Below are positions 7,714 to 15,953 of a stretch of 42,384 bases of DNA, in pieces (position 1 is the first letter of the stretch; every line of letters begins with the position of its first letter). A program made the position numbers and the translations under genes. The stretch is from a virus: IMG/VR virus record IMGVR_UViG_3300045988_017255. One strand, given 5' to 3'. Below the pieces are notes generated by a model. That model searched no databases. It was not told the DNA's origin and saw only the letters and a program-made list of their open reading frames with translations.

Positions 7714-7914
7714 CTATCTCATGTGTCGTTTCCCGGCCTTTGCAAACCTCGCGCTCTGCCGCACATAGCGCTCCCGGGCGACGGTATTGGCTTGATCCAC
7801 CCAGGGCTTTTCCTCCAGCCGCTTGGCCTCATACTCCCGGAACGCCTCGCAGCTCTTCCGGCAGGCCCCGCATGGGAGCCTGTCCGGGCAATCTTTTACG
7901 CAGGGGCTTTTCAT
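7714..7914 (-). CDS. Small Cys-rich protein (66 aa)
   Basis: MKSPCVKDCPDRLPCGACRKSC... ATG at 7914 overlaps the upstream stop (ATGA). Confidence 0.55.
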   Translation of the reverse strand: MKSPCVKDCPDRLPCGACRKSCEAFREYEAKRLEEKPWVDQANTVARERYVRQSARFAKAGKRHMR

Positions 7915-8360
7915 CCGGCCCACCTCACGATCTTTTCCCGCACGCCCCATTGGAGTGCATCCTCGTGGCTGTCAAAATACAGATCCAGCCGATTCCCGGC
8001 AATGGCTCCGCCGGTGTCCTGCACGGTGTATGTATGGCCGTCCAGTTCGATTTCCGTACCCATCGGCAGCACATCCGGGTCTGCGGCGATCGTCACGCCC
8101 TGGGTGGCCTTTTCGCCGGTGGCTGTGTAGCCATTTGCATACGCCCCACAGCATTTTTCACAGGGGCAGTACGCAGTGACGGTAAATACGCACGTCCGCG
8201 TCTCCTGGGGTCCCTGCGGCTCATCGCGGGGCAGAACCACCCTCGGCGGCACAACTACAGTCTCCGGCGTTTGTCCGCTGTACTCGGTGGCGGCCGCAAT
8301 GCCCAATGATCCCAAGGTTGCCGCAAGCAGCGCAGTGATTAATAGTGCCTTGCTTTTCAT
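7911..8360 (-). CDS. Secreted 3D-domain (MltA/RlpA-like double-psi beta-barrel) protein
   Basis: N-terminal signal peptide (MKSKALLITALLAATLGSLG). C-terminal TAYCPC..GYTATG..IAADP..LPMGT..YTVQDTGGAI..LDLYF matches the 3D-domain motif pattern. Confidence 0.7.
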   Translation of the reverse strand: MKSKALLITALLAATLGSLGIAAATEYSGQTPETVVVPPRVVLPRDEPQGPQETRTCVFTVTAYCPCEKCCGAYANGYTATGEKATQGVTIAADPDVLPMGTEIELDGHTYTVQDTGGAIAGNRLDLYFDSHEDALQWGVREKIVRWAG

Positions 8361-9166
8361 CTTGCTACCTCCTCCATCGATATTTGCCCATCATCGTAGT
8401 GAGCAAGCATTTTTTCATTTGCAAGGCGGCAGAAATTTCTATCAATTTCAAATCCATATGCCTTTCTTCCCAACTCGCACGCAGCCCGAAGGGTAGCACC
8501 GGAACCAGCACAAGGATCGATCACTACGTCCACCGGATCAGTAAATATTTCGATTAATCTTTTTAAAACCTTCACTGGTTTTTGTGTGGGATGTATTTTT
8601 GGAATATCTTTACCATCCCGCTCCCACTGGAACCAATCGAATACCATTTTCCCGGTGCCGCGAATAGCCTTTCCGTTTTCGTCCATCTCCCGACCGTTGT
8701 TAAATTTGGGGAGCTTGTCACGATAAAGCACAACAGCAAATTCCGTTGCCCCCACAATGCGCATATTGGCTTTGAGCACTTGCGCAGAATAATTCTTGCA
8801 GAAGAAAATCGGATACCAATTTTTGAATCCATACCGAGCCCCGTACTCCGCCACCGTTTGAATTTGATCAAAAGCACAAAATACAATCATTGCCGGGGCT
8901 TTGCCCCGTTGCTTAGGCTCTGGCTTCAGTAGCCGCGAGCAAAAATGCATATATTCTGCGATCTTAAAATATCCATCGGAATTAAAAAAACGACTTTTTG
9001 CAAATTTGCTTTCTCCATTGGCATTGTCGCCACCGTTATACCACACGGGGTTGCTGCCATAGGCATCTGTACCAATGTTGTATGGTATATCCGCAATCAC
9101 AAGCTGTGCCTTTGGAATCCCGTATTTTTTGTAATTTTGAAAATTATCGTGGTAAAGTTTCACCAT
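8357..9166 (-). CDS. DNA methyltransferase (beta-class N6A/N4C type)
   Basis: Motif IV is ADIPYNIG near the N-terminus and the AdoMet motif VIDPCAGSGAT is near the C-terminus. Confidence 0.85.
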   Translation of the reverse strand: MVKLYHDNFQNYKKYGIPKAQLVIADIPYNIGTDAYGSNPVWYNGGDNANGESKFAKSRFFNSDGYFKIAEYMHFCSRLLKPEPKQRGKAPAMIVFCAFDQIQTVAEYGARYGFKNWYPIFFCKNYSAQVLKANMRIVGATEFAVVLYRDKLPKFNNGREMDENGKAIRGTGKMVFDWFQWERDGKDIPKIHPTQKPVKVLKRLIEIFTDPVDVVIDPCAGSGATLRAACELGRKAYGFEIDRNFCRLANEKMLAHYDDGQISMEEVAR

Positions 9167-9720
9167 TCCACCGTCACCTGCCCTTCATCCGGCAGCAATA
9201 CCCGCAGGTTCGCCAGCAAGGCTTCCCGGTCTCCGCTCATCCCCAGCCGGGCATGCAGCAGCTTTGCGCCCATCTGCGGCTTGTCTGCTTTCGACGGTGC
9301 ATCGTTGACAGCGTGCTCCTCGCTCTGCGCATCTGCCGTATGTATGTCCACCGCATCCGCGTTAGCCCACTCTGTAACTTTGCTCTGCCACATTTTTTCG
9401 TTCCGGCCACCGCGCCGGAATGGCGCACCTACTAATTCCGCCTCGCGGCGTATTGTTGCGTCACAAACGTTCATTTCCTCCGCCAGCCATTTGGCCGTAC
9501 CACCGAAAGATTGCATGTTGCGGAAAAACTCGCGCTTCAGATCCTCCGGCATAGGCCGCGTGATGTTATAGCTTTTCACTTCTCCGTTTTTCTCCTTCCT
9601 CTGCTTTTCGGTGAGGGTGTCGCTGGGGAGCGCACACCCGCCGCGTTTTCTGTTGATGTGAGCAAATGCGCCCCTCGCTATGCGTTTTTTCTGCATGCAG
9701 TCGTAATTAAAATCATTCAC
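9160..9720 (-). CDS. Hypothetical protein (186 aa)
   Basis: Co-oriented ORF with overlapping start/stop. Possible HTH around WLAEEMNVCDATIRRE. Confidence 0.6.
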   Translation of the reverse strand: MNDFNYDCMQKKRIARGAFAHINRKRGGCALPSDTLTEKQRKEKNGEVKSYNITRPMPEDLKREFFRNMQSFGGTAKWLAEEMNVCDATIRREAELVGAPFRRGGRNEKMWQSKVTEWANADAVDIHTADAQSEEHAVNDAPSKADKPQMGAKLLHARLGMSGDREALLANLRVLLPDEGQVTVEW

Positions 9721-10097
9721 TCGCCCGGCCTCCTTTCGTCCGTCTCAAACTCCGGGCAGCTTAGCACCAAGTAAGATTCCGACTTGCGGCCTGGTATGCC
9801 GAGCGATTTTACCGCCACCCATCCCGGCACTGGCTCAAAGCGTACCTTTTTGGAGCTATCCAGCCCCGTCCAGGAGCAGCGCCCAACAGCTTTTTTGCAT
9901 TTCCAACAGAGCGTCCCCCTGCTTTCCGTGTTGTTTTGGTTTGTGAGCCTCTTTTCGCTTATCCGGCGCATCTTTCTGGCGATTGCATCACACTGTTTGC
10001 AAGTTGTCCTCCACTTGTTTTCTCCTTTTTTGTTGTAGTTTGTGATTGGCTTTTCCATGCCGCAGCGCTTACATACGCGCATCTCAGGTTGTCCCAT
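9717..10097 (-). CDS. Zinc-ribbon protein, function unknown
   Basis: MGQPEMRVCKRCG...CKQC...CWKCKK. The start is uncertain (10097 or 10082). Confidence 0.55.
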   Translation of the reverse strand: MGQPEMRVCKRCGMEKPITNYNKKGENKWRTTCKQCDAIARKMRRISEKRLTNQNNTESRGTLCWKCKKAVGRCSWTGLDSSKKVRFEPVPGWVAVKSLGIPGRKSESYLVLSCPEFETDERRPGE

Positions 10098-10482
10098 CTG
10101 CGCACTCCATCTCCCGAATAAATACCTCCGTCCGTGGGTTATCCTTGTCGTACAGCACCCGACTCCCGTCGTGGCTAACGATAATTCCGCTGTGGTCGTC
10201 CTTGAGTACACCGGCCTTCACCAGCACATCGTCGATGGATTCCAGCAGATTGGTTAAATCCACTCGCCGCCGGGTAGGCATATAAAACAGGCATTTGACC
10301 TCCACAGGTTCCTCAATGGGGCGCTGCACTCTGGCTCTTTTGCAGTGCCATACAGCTTCCGCCTCGTAGTCCATATACTTCTGAGACGGCATAATAAACG
10401 GCTTCCCCGTTTTGCTGCTGTGCATGATTCGCATAGAGTTTTTCTTTGTGATTGGTGGCAGCGGCACCGTGATCTCAATCAT
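10084..10482 (-). CDS. rusA: RusA-family Holliday junction resolvase
   Basis: 132 aa. PPITKKNSMRI ... RRRVDLTNLLESIDDVLVKAGVLKDD matches the RusA signature. Confidence 0.85.
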   Translation of the reverse strand: MIEITVPLPPITKKNSMRIMHSSKTGKPFIMPSQKYMDYEAEAVWHCKRARVQRPIEEPVEVKCLFYMPTRRRVDLTNLLESIDDVLVKAGVLKDDHSGIIVSHDGSRVLYDKDNPRTEVFIREMECADGTT

Positions 10483-10666
10483 CGTCTCCCTCCCCTATCG
10501 GTACGGCCACATACTTGGGCCGTCCTTTGGTACGCTTGCCACCGTATACGGCCCGGTAGATCGTCCGCCAGCTGACGCCGCAAATGTTGGCCAGCTCGAT
10601 TATAGATTCCGAAACGGCATCCGGAAGCTCGTACTTGTCCCGGCTTACGCGCATGTATACCGTCAT
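10475..10666 (-). CDS. Small HTH protein (63 aa)
   Basis: ELANICGVSWRTIYRAVYGG resembles an HTH. Coupled to rusA. Confidence 0.55.
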   Translation of the reverse strand: MTVYMRVSRDKYELPDAVSESIIELANICGVSWRTIYRAVYGGKRTKGRPKYVAVPIGEGDDD

Positions 10667-10667
10667 C

Positions 10668-11744
10668 TCAATACCTCACTCCGATGTAGTCCAATACTCT
10701 GGCGTAGCCAAGCCCCTTTTCAGTTGGCTTCCACAGGCCGTCCACAGGGTCATACGCCCCACCGCCAATGCAAAATTCGTAGTGCTTCGGGTGCGTATGT
10801 TTCATCCTCTCAAAACGATTCTCGCCTTTTTCCAGGTGGGCTCCAAATGCGCAGAACATACAGCCCGATCGCTGACATCCCGTACAGTGCAGCGGGCATT
10901 CCGTCAGCGTCGCATCGTAGTCGTTCTCGCCATCGCTTGCTACGATTTCGCCGTACACGCTGGCATATGGGATTCGATTGCCCACAATATACCGCAGCAC
11001 ATCCTGCTCCGTCCAAAAGCTCATCGGCTTTCCCATCGGCCTCTTGCCCTCAAAGGCATTGCAGCCTGTGCGTTGCCATTTCAGCATGCGCAGCCGACTT
11101 TCTTCCGCCATCAACGCTGTCATGGGGTGGAGCCCTGTTTTGGCCTCGAACTTGTGCATGGGCCCCTTTTTCATCACCTTGCAGCATGAATCCGACACGA
11201 GAAACGGCGCATGAACTAAACCCCCCCACTTTTCGCAGTTGTACGGGGATTTTTCTCCATTTTTATCGAGGTATTCCCCGCGTAAACGCTGTGCCGATTT
11301 CCCATCTGGATTAATTCGAGCATTTCCTACATACGCGGCCACCTCTTTGCTCACGATGCTGTACCCGTACTTCGTCACCACCTGTCGAATGTTCATCTTT
11401 GGGCGCAGGCGGAAAAGGTTTACGTTCACGCGGTGGAACTCCCTCCGTAGCCAGTCAGCGCACTCATTGACGAACTTCTGTATCTCTGGATATTCCAGCC
11501 CCGTGTTCGCAAACGCCAAGTTCAGCTCCCACGGCGGTGTCCTGAAGCTCGACAGGTACAACGCCGCCAAATACGCCAGCACCGTGCTGTCCTTTCCACC
11601 GGAAAAACTGACGTAACACTGTCCGCCCCACGCGGTGTACCACTCATCCAGTTTCTCAACGCTGGTGATGACCTTGTCATCCAAATCAAGGGATAGCAAT
11701 TTCTTGGCAGCCTCGCTCGTCAACGGAGTGTTAAACCGTTCCAT
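10668..11744 (-). CDS. PAPS reductase / PP-loop ATP-pyrophosphatase family protein with C-terminal Cys cluster (IbrA/DndC-like)
   Basis: The SFSGGKDS PP-loop motif is present. The C-terminus has CTGCQRSGCMFCAF. ATG at 11744 has a GGAGGTGG SD. Confidence 0.75.
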   Translation of the reverse strand: MERFNTPLTSEAAKKLLSLDLDDKVITSVEKLDEWYTAWGGQCYVSFSGGKDSTVLAYLAALYLSSFRTPPWELNLAFANTGLEYPEIQKFVNECADWLRREFHRVNVNLFRLRPKMNIRQVVTKYGYSIVSKEVAAYVGNARINPDGKSAQRLRGEYLDKNGEKSPYNCEKWGGLVHAPFLVSDSCCKVMKKGPMHKFEAKTGLHPMTALMAEESRLRMLKWQRTGCNAFEGKRPMGKPMSFWTEQDVLRYIVGNRIPYASVYGEIVASDGENDYDATLTECPLHCTGCQRSGCMFCAFGAHLEKGENRFERMKHTHPKHYEFCIGGGAYDPVDGLWKPTEKGLGYARVLDYIGVRY

Positions 11745-12027
11745 CTCCCGCCACCTCCATCTGCCCATCCACCTGCATGGCCTTTGCAAGCATGCTGTAT
11801 GTGGACAGCTCGTCCATAGCCCGCTTGCGGTACATGGCAAGGAGCATCTTCTTCTCCTCGTCCGTCTCCGCCAGTTTATACCCGCCATCCGGCAGAGCCA
11901 CAATGGGCACCCCCTGCCGCCGCTGCGCCCGGATCATTCGCCGGTTCTCTCTGTCCGGCATACCGGTCAATGCTTCAAGGTTTTTCCGGGTGTATGTAAT
12001 GCCGGGAATCATGCGTAATGTGGTCAT
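11731..12027 (-). CDS. Hypothetical protein (98 aa)
   Basis: ATG at 12027 overlaps the DnaC-like stop (ATGA) and has a GGAGG SD. Confidence 0.55.
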   Translation of the reverse strand: MTTLRMIPGITYTRKNLEALTGMPDRENRRMIRAQRRQGVPIVALPDGGYKLAETDEEKKMLLAMYRKRAMDELSTYSMLAKAMQVDGQMEVAGDGTV

Positions 12028-12692
12028 TTCAGCCTCCAATTCTGCTTTTTCCCGATGTTCAGCATATAATCCCTCGCCCGCTGGTTGATTCTGCTCCCAA
12101 TGGCTTCATCCCAGCTCAAAATGCGGTCAATGGTCAACTCCGTGGAGATGATCGTGATTGCATCCGGGTCAATGTACCTGGCATTCAGCAGGTCAAAGGC
12201 GATATTTTTGTCGGCATCCGTAACGCTGCCCTTTAGAAAATCGTCGATATACAGCGCACGGACGGTTTTCAGCGGGTGCATGGCTTCGGTGTATGCTTCC
12301 GCATCGTTTACCTTTGCCTTGATTGCCGGAATATCTCCCCGCCATTGCACATACCGGACAGGGATCCCGCCGTCCATCAGCTTGGCGCAAATCGCCGTAC
12401 ACAGGTGGGTTTTCCCAGTTCCAGGAGAGCCGCCGATGAAAAACCACTTGCCCTTCCAGTCGGTCAAATACTTCTCCGCCGCTTGCTTTGCGGCCTGTTG
12501 CCAATACTCACGCGTTTGGAATGCCTCGAATGTACAGTTATCTAGCAGGCCGGCCAGCCCGGAACGCTCCATGCGAATTCTGTTTTGCCGGATGATCTCG
12601 CATTTGCAAGTGCTGCTAACCCGTTCGCCGCTTTCCGTGCGCCGGATGGTGAAGCCCAGCCCGCCGCAGATGTCACAGCCATGTTCCGACAT
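12024..12692 (-). CDS. DnaC/IstB-like AAA+ ATPase (helicase loader)
   Basis: Walker A motif GGSPGTGKTHL, an N-terminal Cys pair and a strong SD. It follows the replisome organizer gene. Confidence 0.8.
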   Translation of the reverse strand: MSEHGCDICGGLGFTIRRTESGERVSSTCKCEIIRQNRIRMERSGLAGLLDNCTFEAFQTREYWQQAAKQAAEKYLTDWKGKWFFIGGSPGTGKTHLCTAICAKLMDGGIPVRYVQWRGDIPAIKAKVNDAEAYTEAMHPLKTVRALYIDDFLKGSVTDADKNIAFDLLNARYIDPDAITIISTELTIDRILSWDEAIGSRINQRARDYMLNIGKKQNWRLK

Positions 12693-13308
12693 GGTACTCC
12701 TCCTTCGTTGGTTGCGCTCCGGCCTCCGTCAGCACATCATCCCATCGGCCTTGATTCAGCCATGTGGCTGGGTTTGGGATGTATTGACCGTTATCCTTGC
12801 GCCACTGTTCGCTGTTTTTCTGACTGTTGACGGCATCGATAAGCGTTTTAACCGGCACAGAAACCTTGGAAAATGCTTTCTTTGCGGCCTGCTTTCCGAC
12901 TTTTCGGGGATATGCCGCCCAAAACGATTCAAACTGCGACGCGCTATCGTCTTTGTCTTTGTCTTTGTCTTTGTCTTTGTCTTTGTCTTTGTCTTTGTCT
13001 TTGCTTGTTTTGCTTGGCAAATCTGACATTTGCTTGTTTTGCTTGGCAAATCTGGCATTTGCTTGTTTTGCTTCTGCGCCCTTTCTTCCGGCTTCGCTTC
13101 GTGCGTCGGATAAACTATCCATTGCAGAGTTGTCTCGATCTATCTGCGCCCGCATCATCGGGAATAAAAACCGTTCGTTCCCGCCGAGCTGCGGGGCTTC
13201 GCCCGTCCTTGCATAAACCAACAAGGAAGTGAAAAGCCGCCCCCTCTCTGCGTCACCGAGCGGCTCTATCGCATCTAAGTAATCGATGAACAGCTTGATG
13301 TATGTCAT
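12673..13308 (-). CDS. Replisome organizer / replication initiator-like protein with (KD)9 linker
   Basis: The C-terminal FESFWAAYPRKVGKQAAKKAF...WRKDNGQYIPNPATWLNQGRWDD motif is common in phage replication proteins. It sits upstream of the DnaC-like gene and contains internal DNA repeats. Confidence 0.65.
   Translation of the reverse strand: MTYIKLFIDYLDAIEPLGDAERGRLFTSLLVYARTGEAPQLGGNERFLFPMMRAQIDRDNSAMDSLSDARSEAGRKGAEAKQANARFAKQNKQMSDLPSKTSKDKDKDKDKDKDKDKDKDDSASQFESFWAAYPRKVGKQAAKKAFSKVSVPVKTLIDAVNSQKNSEQWRKDNGQYIPNPATWLNQGRWDDVLTEAGAQPTKEEYHVGTWL
12949..13002. repeat. Hexanucleotide microsatellite (GTCTTT)x9, encoding (KD)9
   Basis: Nine perfect tandem units, in frame within the organizer gene. 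Confidence 0.95.
13003..13073. repeat. 29-nt direct repeat x about 2.45 (candidate origin iterons)
   Basis: gcttgttttgcttggcaaatctg[a/g]cattt occurs at 13003-13031 and 13032-13060, with a partial copy at 13061-13073. The period is not a multiple of 3. Confidence 0.85.
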
Positions 13309-13321
13309 ATCCGCCCTGCAC

Positions 13322-13495
13322 TTACTCCTTGCGCGGAAGTAGGCAAATACCGATTCCGTGATCCGTAAAAATGCTGGCTAACAGACCTGAATCCTCCTCC
13401 GAAAGATCATCAATTCGTAAGACATTGTTAGTAAGAGAATCGGAAAGTGCGTCTCGGATGCTATCGGCATCGTAGATAATCGCGTCAAATGTCAT
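13322..13495 (-). CDS. Small acidic hypothetical protein (57 aa, below the ORF-track cutoff)
   Basis: MTFDAIIYDADSIRDALSDSLTNNVLRIDDLSEEDSG... GGAGGTGA SD upstream of the ATG at 13495. Confidence 0.45.
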   Translation of the reverse strand: MTFDAIIYDADSIRDALSDSLTNNVLRIDDLSEEDSGLLASIFTDHGIGICLLPRKE

Positions 13496-13511
13496 CCCTC
13501 GTCACCTCCAA

Positions 13512-13889
13512 TTAGAACGGCAAATCGCCGTCGTCCTCGGAAATCTCCGTGAAGGTCTGCGTGGGTTTCTGTACAGCGTCCTTGCTACCGCAGAAATGTA
13601 CCTTGTCGGCGGTAAGCTCAACCACAGTGCGCTTGTTGCCGGTCTTGTCCTCGTATTCTCGGCTGGAAAGCTTGCCCTCCACGATGATCTCCTTGCCTTT
13701 GGTAAAGTGGGTGCAGATCAGCTCTGCAGTTCCCTGCCATGCCACACAGGGGAGGAATAGCTTCGTTTCTCTGTCCTTTACCTTTTCGCTCCACGCCACG
13801 CGGAAGCTGCAGACCGTTGTCCCGTTTTGTGTGGCTCTGCGTTCGGGGTCAGAGCAAAGCCGCCCCTGCAAAATCGTTCTGTTTACCAT
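13512..13889 (-). CDS. ssb: Single-stranded DNA-binding protein
   Basis: OB-fold N-terminus (MVNRTILQGRLCSDPE...) and an acidic C-terminal tail DDGDLPF. Confidence 0.9.
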   Translation of the reverse strand: MVNRTILQGRLCSDPERRATQNGTTVCSFRVAWSEKVKDRETKLFLPCVAWQGTAELICTHFTKGKEIIVEGKLSSREYEDKTGNKRTVVELTADKVHFCGSKDAVQKPTQTFTEISEDDGDLPF

Positions 13890-13900
13890 CGTTGTCCTCC

Positions 13901-14131
13901 TTATTTCTTAGTGGCGTTGGTAACGACAATTTCAGTCAGTTTCCATGCCTGTTCCTCGGTGAAACCAGCCGCGATATAGCTGCAGTACATACTGCGCAGG
14001 TCATCGGCCATTTCATCATACTTTTCAGCCTTGAGGGCTTTATCCCGCTCTTTCTCAAGAGCGCTCATTTCATCGACCTGCTTCTTGTGGAGTTCTATGA
14101 CCCGTTCTGCCAATTCCTTGCTCTTTACCAT
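13901..14131 (-). CDS. Hypothetical protein (76 aa, helical)
   Basis: ORF in the early array with no recognisable motif. Confidence 0.55.
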   Translation of the reverse strand: MVKSKELAERVIELHKKQVDEMSALEKERDKALKAEKYDEMADDLRSMYCSYIAAGFTEEQAWKLTEIVVTNATKK

Positions 14132-14143
14132 GATTTTTCCTCC

Positions 14144-14395
14144 CTACAAATAGCTTTTCCCAAATTCACGGCGGAAGTCATCCTCCGTCCAGCCCTGTTC
14201 CCGCATGGCCTTTAACTGACCATATCGGCGCAGCAGACGCATTTGATTCCCGTTGCGGTGTACAGCGTTCCCACCGTTCCTGTGGCACTTATCGCCGCAG
14301 AGATACACCACAAGGCCGTATTTCTCGCTTTTGTTTCGGTATGCCCCACCGAAGATGTGGCTAATGGTGCCGCTCCAGCGGGTCACTTGCGCCAT
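14144..14395 (-). CDS. Conserved phage protein (HIFGG..NR..SEKYGL motif), function unknown
   Basis: 83 aa. The motif pattern HIFGGAYRNKSEKYGLVVYLC...H..G.AVH...FGKSYL recurs in Firmicute phages, from memory. Confidence 0.55.
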   Translation of the reverse strand: MAQVTRWSGTISHIFGGAYRNKSEKYGLVVYLCGDKCHRNGGNAVHRNGNQMRLLRRYGQLKAMREQGWTEDDFRREFGKSYL

Positions 14396-14424
14396 TTCTG
14401 CCGCACAGGAAACACCGTCTCTCG

Positions 14425-14985
14425 TCAGTCACCTTTATCACCCCCCAGCGGCTGGGCTTCTCCCCAGCGGGATTTCAGCGCATCCAGCTCCTGCGGTGTC
14501 ATAGTCTCGATTTTAGCCTCCCTACAATCGGAAACAATCTGGTCAATCAGTCGTGACATCTGCTCTGTGTCGTAGGTGCTGGAGCCGTACCAGACAGTCA
14601 CATTCACGCAGCCGGGAATTTTGCTCGGCCCTTGCTCGGCCATCCAGCCCGTTCCCTTGGATTCCCATTTTCGGCAGAACTCGTCCGCCGCCTTTGATAC
14701 AATGCACAGAACATCGCTTACGCCACCGATGATCTTGATTTCCTCCCGATACACATCATTCCTCGGAATCCCATAGTGCGCCGCCAGCTTATCCATCAGC
14801 ACCCACGCATACGCATTTGCGTCAAGGCTCCTGCCTTTGCGCTTGATCTGCGCCACATACTGCTTGTCCGGCTGCAACTCGTCGCACACGGCCATTGCCG
14901 CCCGAGGGGACTGCACCCGAAGGCACAGCCACGCCCCATCGCTGTCCTGCTGCCACCGGGCGGCGGTCACATCAGCCTGCAGCAT
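14425..14985 (-). CDS. ninB: NinB/Orf-like recombination mediator
   Basis: RSLDANAYAWVLMDKLA and the C-terminal LKSRWGE parallel lambda NinB (RSLDQNRKLWA...WKARWG). It is adjacent to erf. Confidence 0.55.
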   Translation of the reverse strand: MLQADVTAARWQQDSDGAWLCLRVQSPRAAMAVCDELQPDKQYVAQIKRKGRSLDANAYAWVLMDKLAAHYGIPRNDVYREEIKIIGGVSDVLCIVSKAADEFCRKWESKGTGWMAEQGPSKIPGCVNVTVWYGSSTYDTEQMSRLIDQIVSDCREAKIETMTPQELDALKSRWGEAQPLGGDKGD

Positions 14986-15562
14986 TGTCCTGCTCCTTCT
15001 TTGCTGCCTTCATGCAGTCAGCGCACATCTGCGCTCCGTAACGGCCCTTGGAATACTTAACCATATCCTTTACCGTCCACATTTCGCCGTTGCGCTTCCT
15101 TACAGACACAATGTCCGATCCGCACCGCTCACACACAGGTGCGGCGTTCCGCTCTTTCTCGTCCAGTTCGGCGGAGGAAATCTTGTCCGGGTCTTCTCCG
15201 GTGGGCAGTGCAAAGGTCCGCAACCACATATACTTGAAAGCGTATGTCATGGCCTTGCCGCTGCCCTTGTCCTGCGTGTCCGCGCCATCGCCGCAGGATG
15301 CGATTTCGATGTATTCTTCCGGGTTCTCCACATTCACCATGCGGTACAAAACATCCACATGGGTGATGTTGCCGGTTCTCGTTGCCGTCTGTGCGATGGG
15401 GTATACAACCAGTTTGTGTTTCAGCAGCTCCGCCCGCATGATGGATGTGACTTTCTCCTCACTCAGGGCTTTATACTTGGTGCTGCCGAACTCTACATGA
15501 TCGTCCTTTGCAAGATACTGGACATCCTGCATAATCGCAGCGATTTTCTCGTAGATATTCAA
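14972..15562 (-). CDS. erf: ERF-family single-strand annealing protein
   Basis: The motif GKAMTYAFKYMWLRTFALPTGEDPD is ERF-like. A C-terminal zinc ribbon is present. Confidence 0.8.
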   Translation of the reverse strand: MNIYEKIAAIMQDVQYLAKDDHVEFGSTKYKALSEEKVTSIMRAELLKHKLVVYPIAQTATRTGNITHVDVLYRMVNVENPEEYIEIASCGDGADTQDKGSGKAMTYAFKYMWLRTFALPTGEDPDKISSAELDEKERNAAPVCERCGSDIVSVRKRNGEMWTVKDMVKYSKGRYGAQMCADCMKAAKKEQDNAAG

Positions 15563-15762
15563 AATTCTTCCTCCTCTTCAATGATTTCCAGCGGGCAGTG
15601 CGCACCAATGATTCTTGTGTCTATCAGATACTCGCCCGTTCTCCTGCACTGGTTGCGGGAATATGTTTCCAGCAGAGGGCAGAGGTTACACGCCATATGC
15701 CCCTCCGGGAAGTAAATATCCACGGATGTCTTGATGTACCGCAATACGCCGCCCTCGCTCAT
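15559..15762 (-). CDS. Small Cys-containing protein (67 aa)
   Basis: ATG at 15762 overlaps the upstream stop. GAGGAGG SD. Confidence 0.5.
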   Translation of the reverse strand: MSEGGVLRYIKTSVDIYFPEGHMACNLCPLLETYSRNQCRRTGEYLIDTRIIGAHCPLEIIEEEEEF

Positions 15763-15953
15763 TCCAACGCCTCCTCGTAATACTCCTCGTTGTCGCTGAC
15801 GCACTCTCCACAAAGCCAAATGTCCTTGTAGTGCAGAGCGGGGAAATCTGTAATGCGGCAGCCGCAGCAATCGCACACAGGCATCCTCGCAAGCCTCCTA
15901 TCCTGCTCCTCCGCGTAACACTCCGCGTCCCATACCGGATCAGATGTCCACAT
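15759..15953 (-). CDS. Small Cys-rich protein (64 aa)
   Basis: MWTSDPVWDAECY...CDCCGC...CGEC. GGAGG lies 9 nt upstream of the ATG at 15953. Confidence 0.5.
   Translation of the reverse strand: MWTSDPVWDAECYAEEQDRRLARMPVCDCCGCRITDFPALHYKDIWLCGECVSDNEEYYEEALE

Noticed and set aside
12949-13073. Possibility that the tandem repeats here and at 16471-16626 are a CRISPR array.
   Set aside because: There are no unique spacers between repeats. The units are contiguous (6, 29 and 27 nt) and lie inside ORFs. No cas genes are present.
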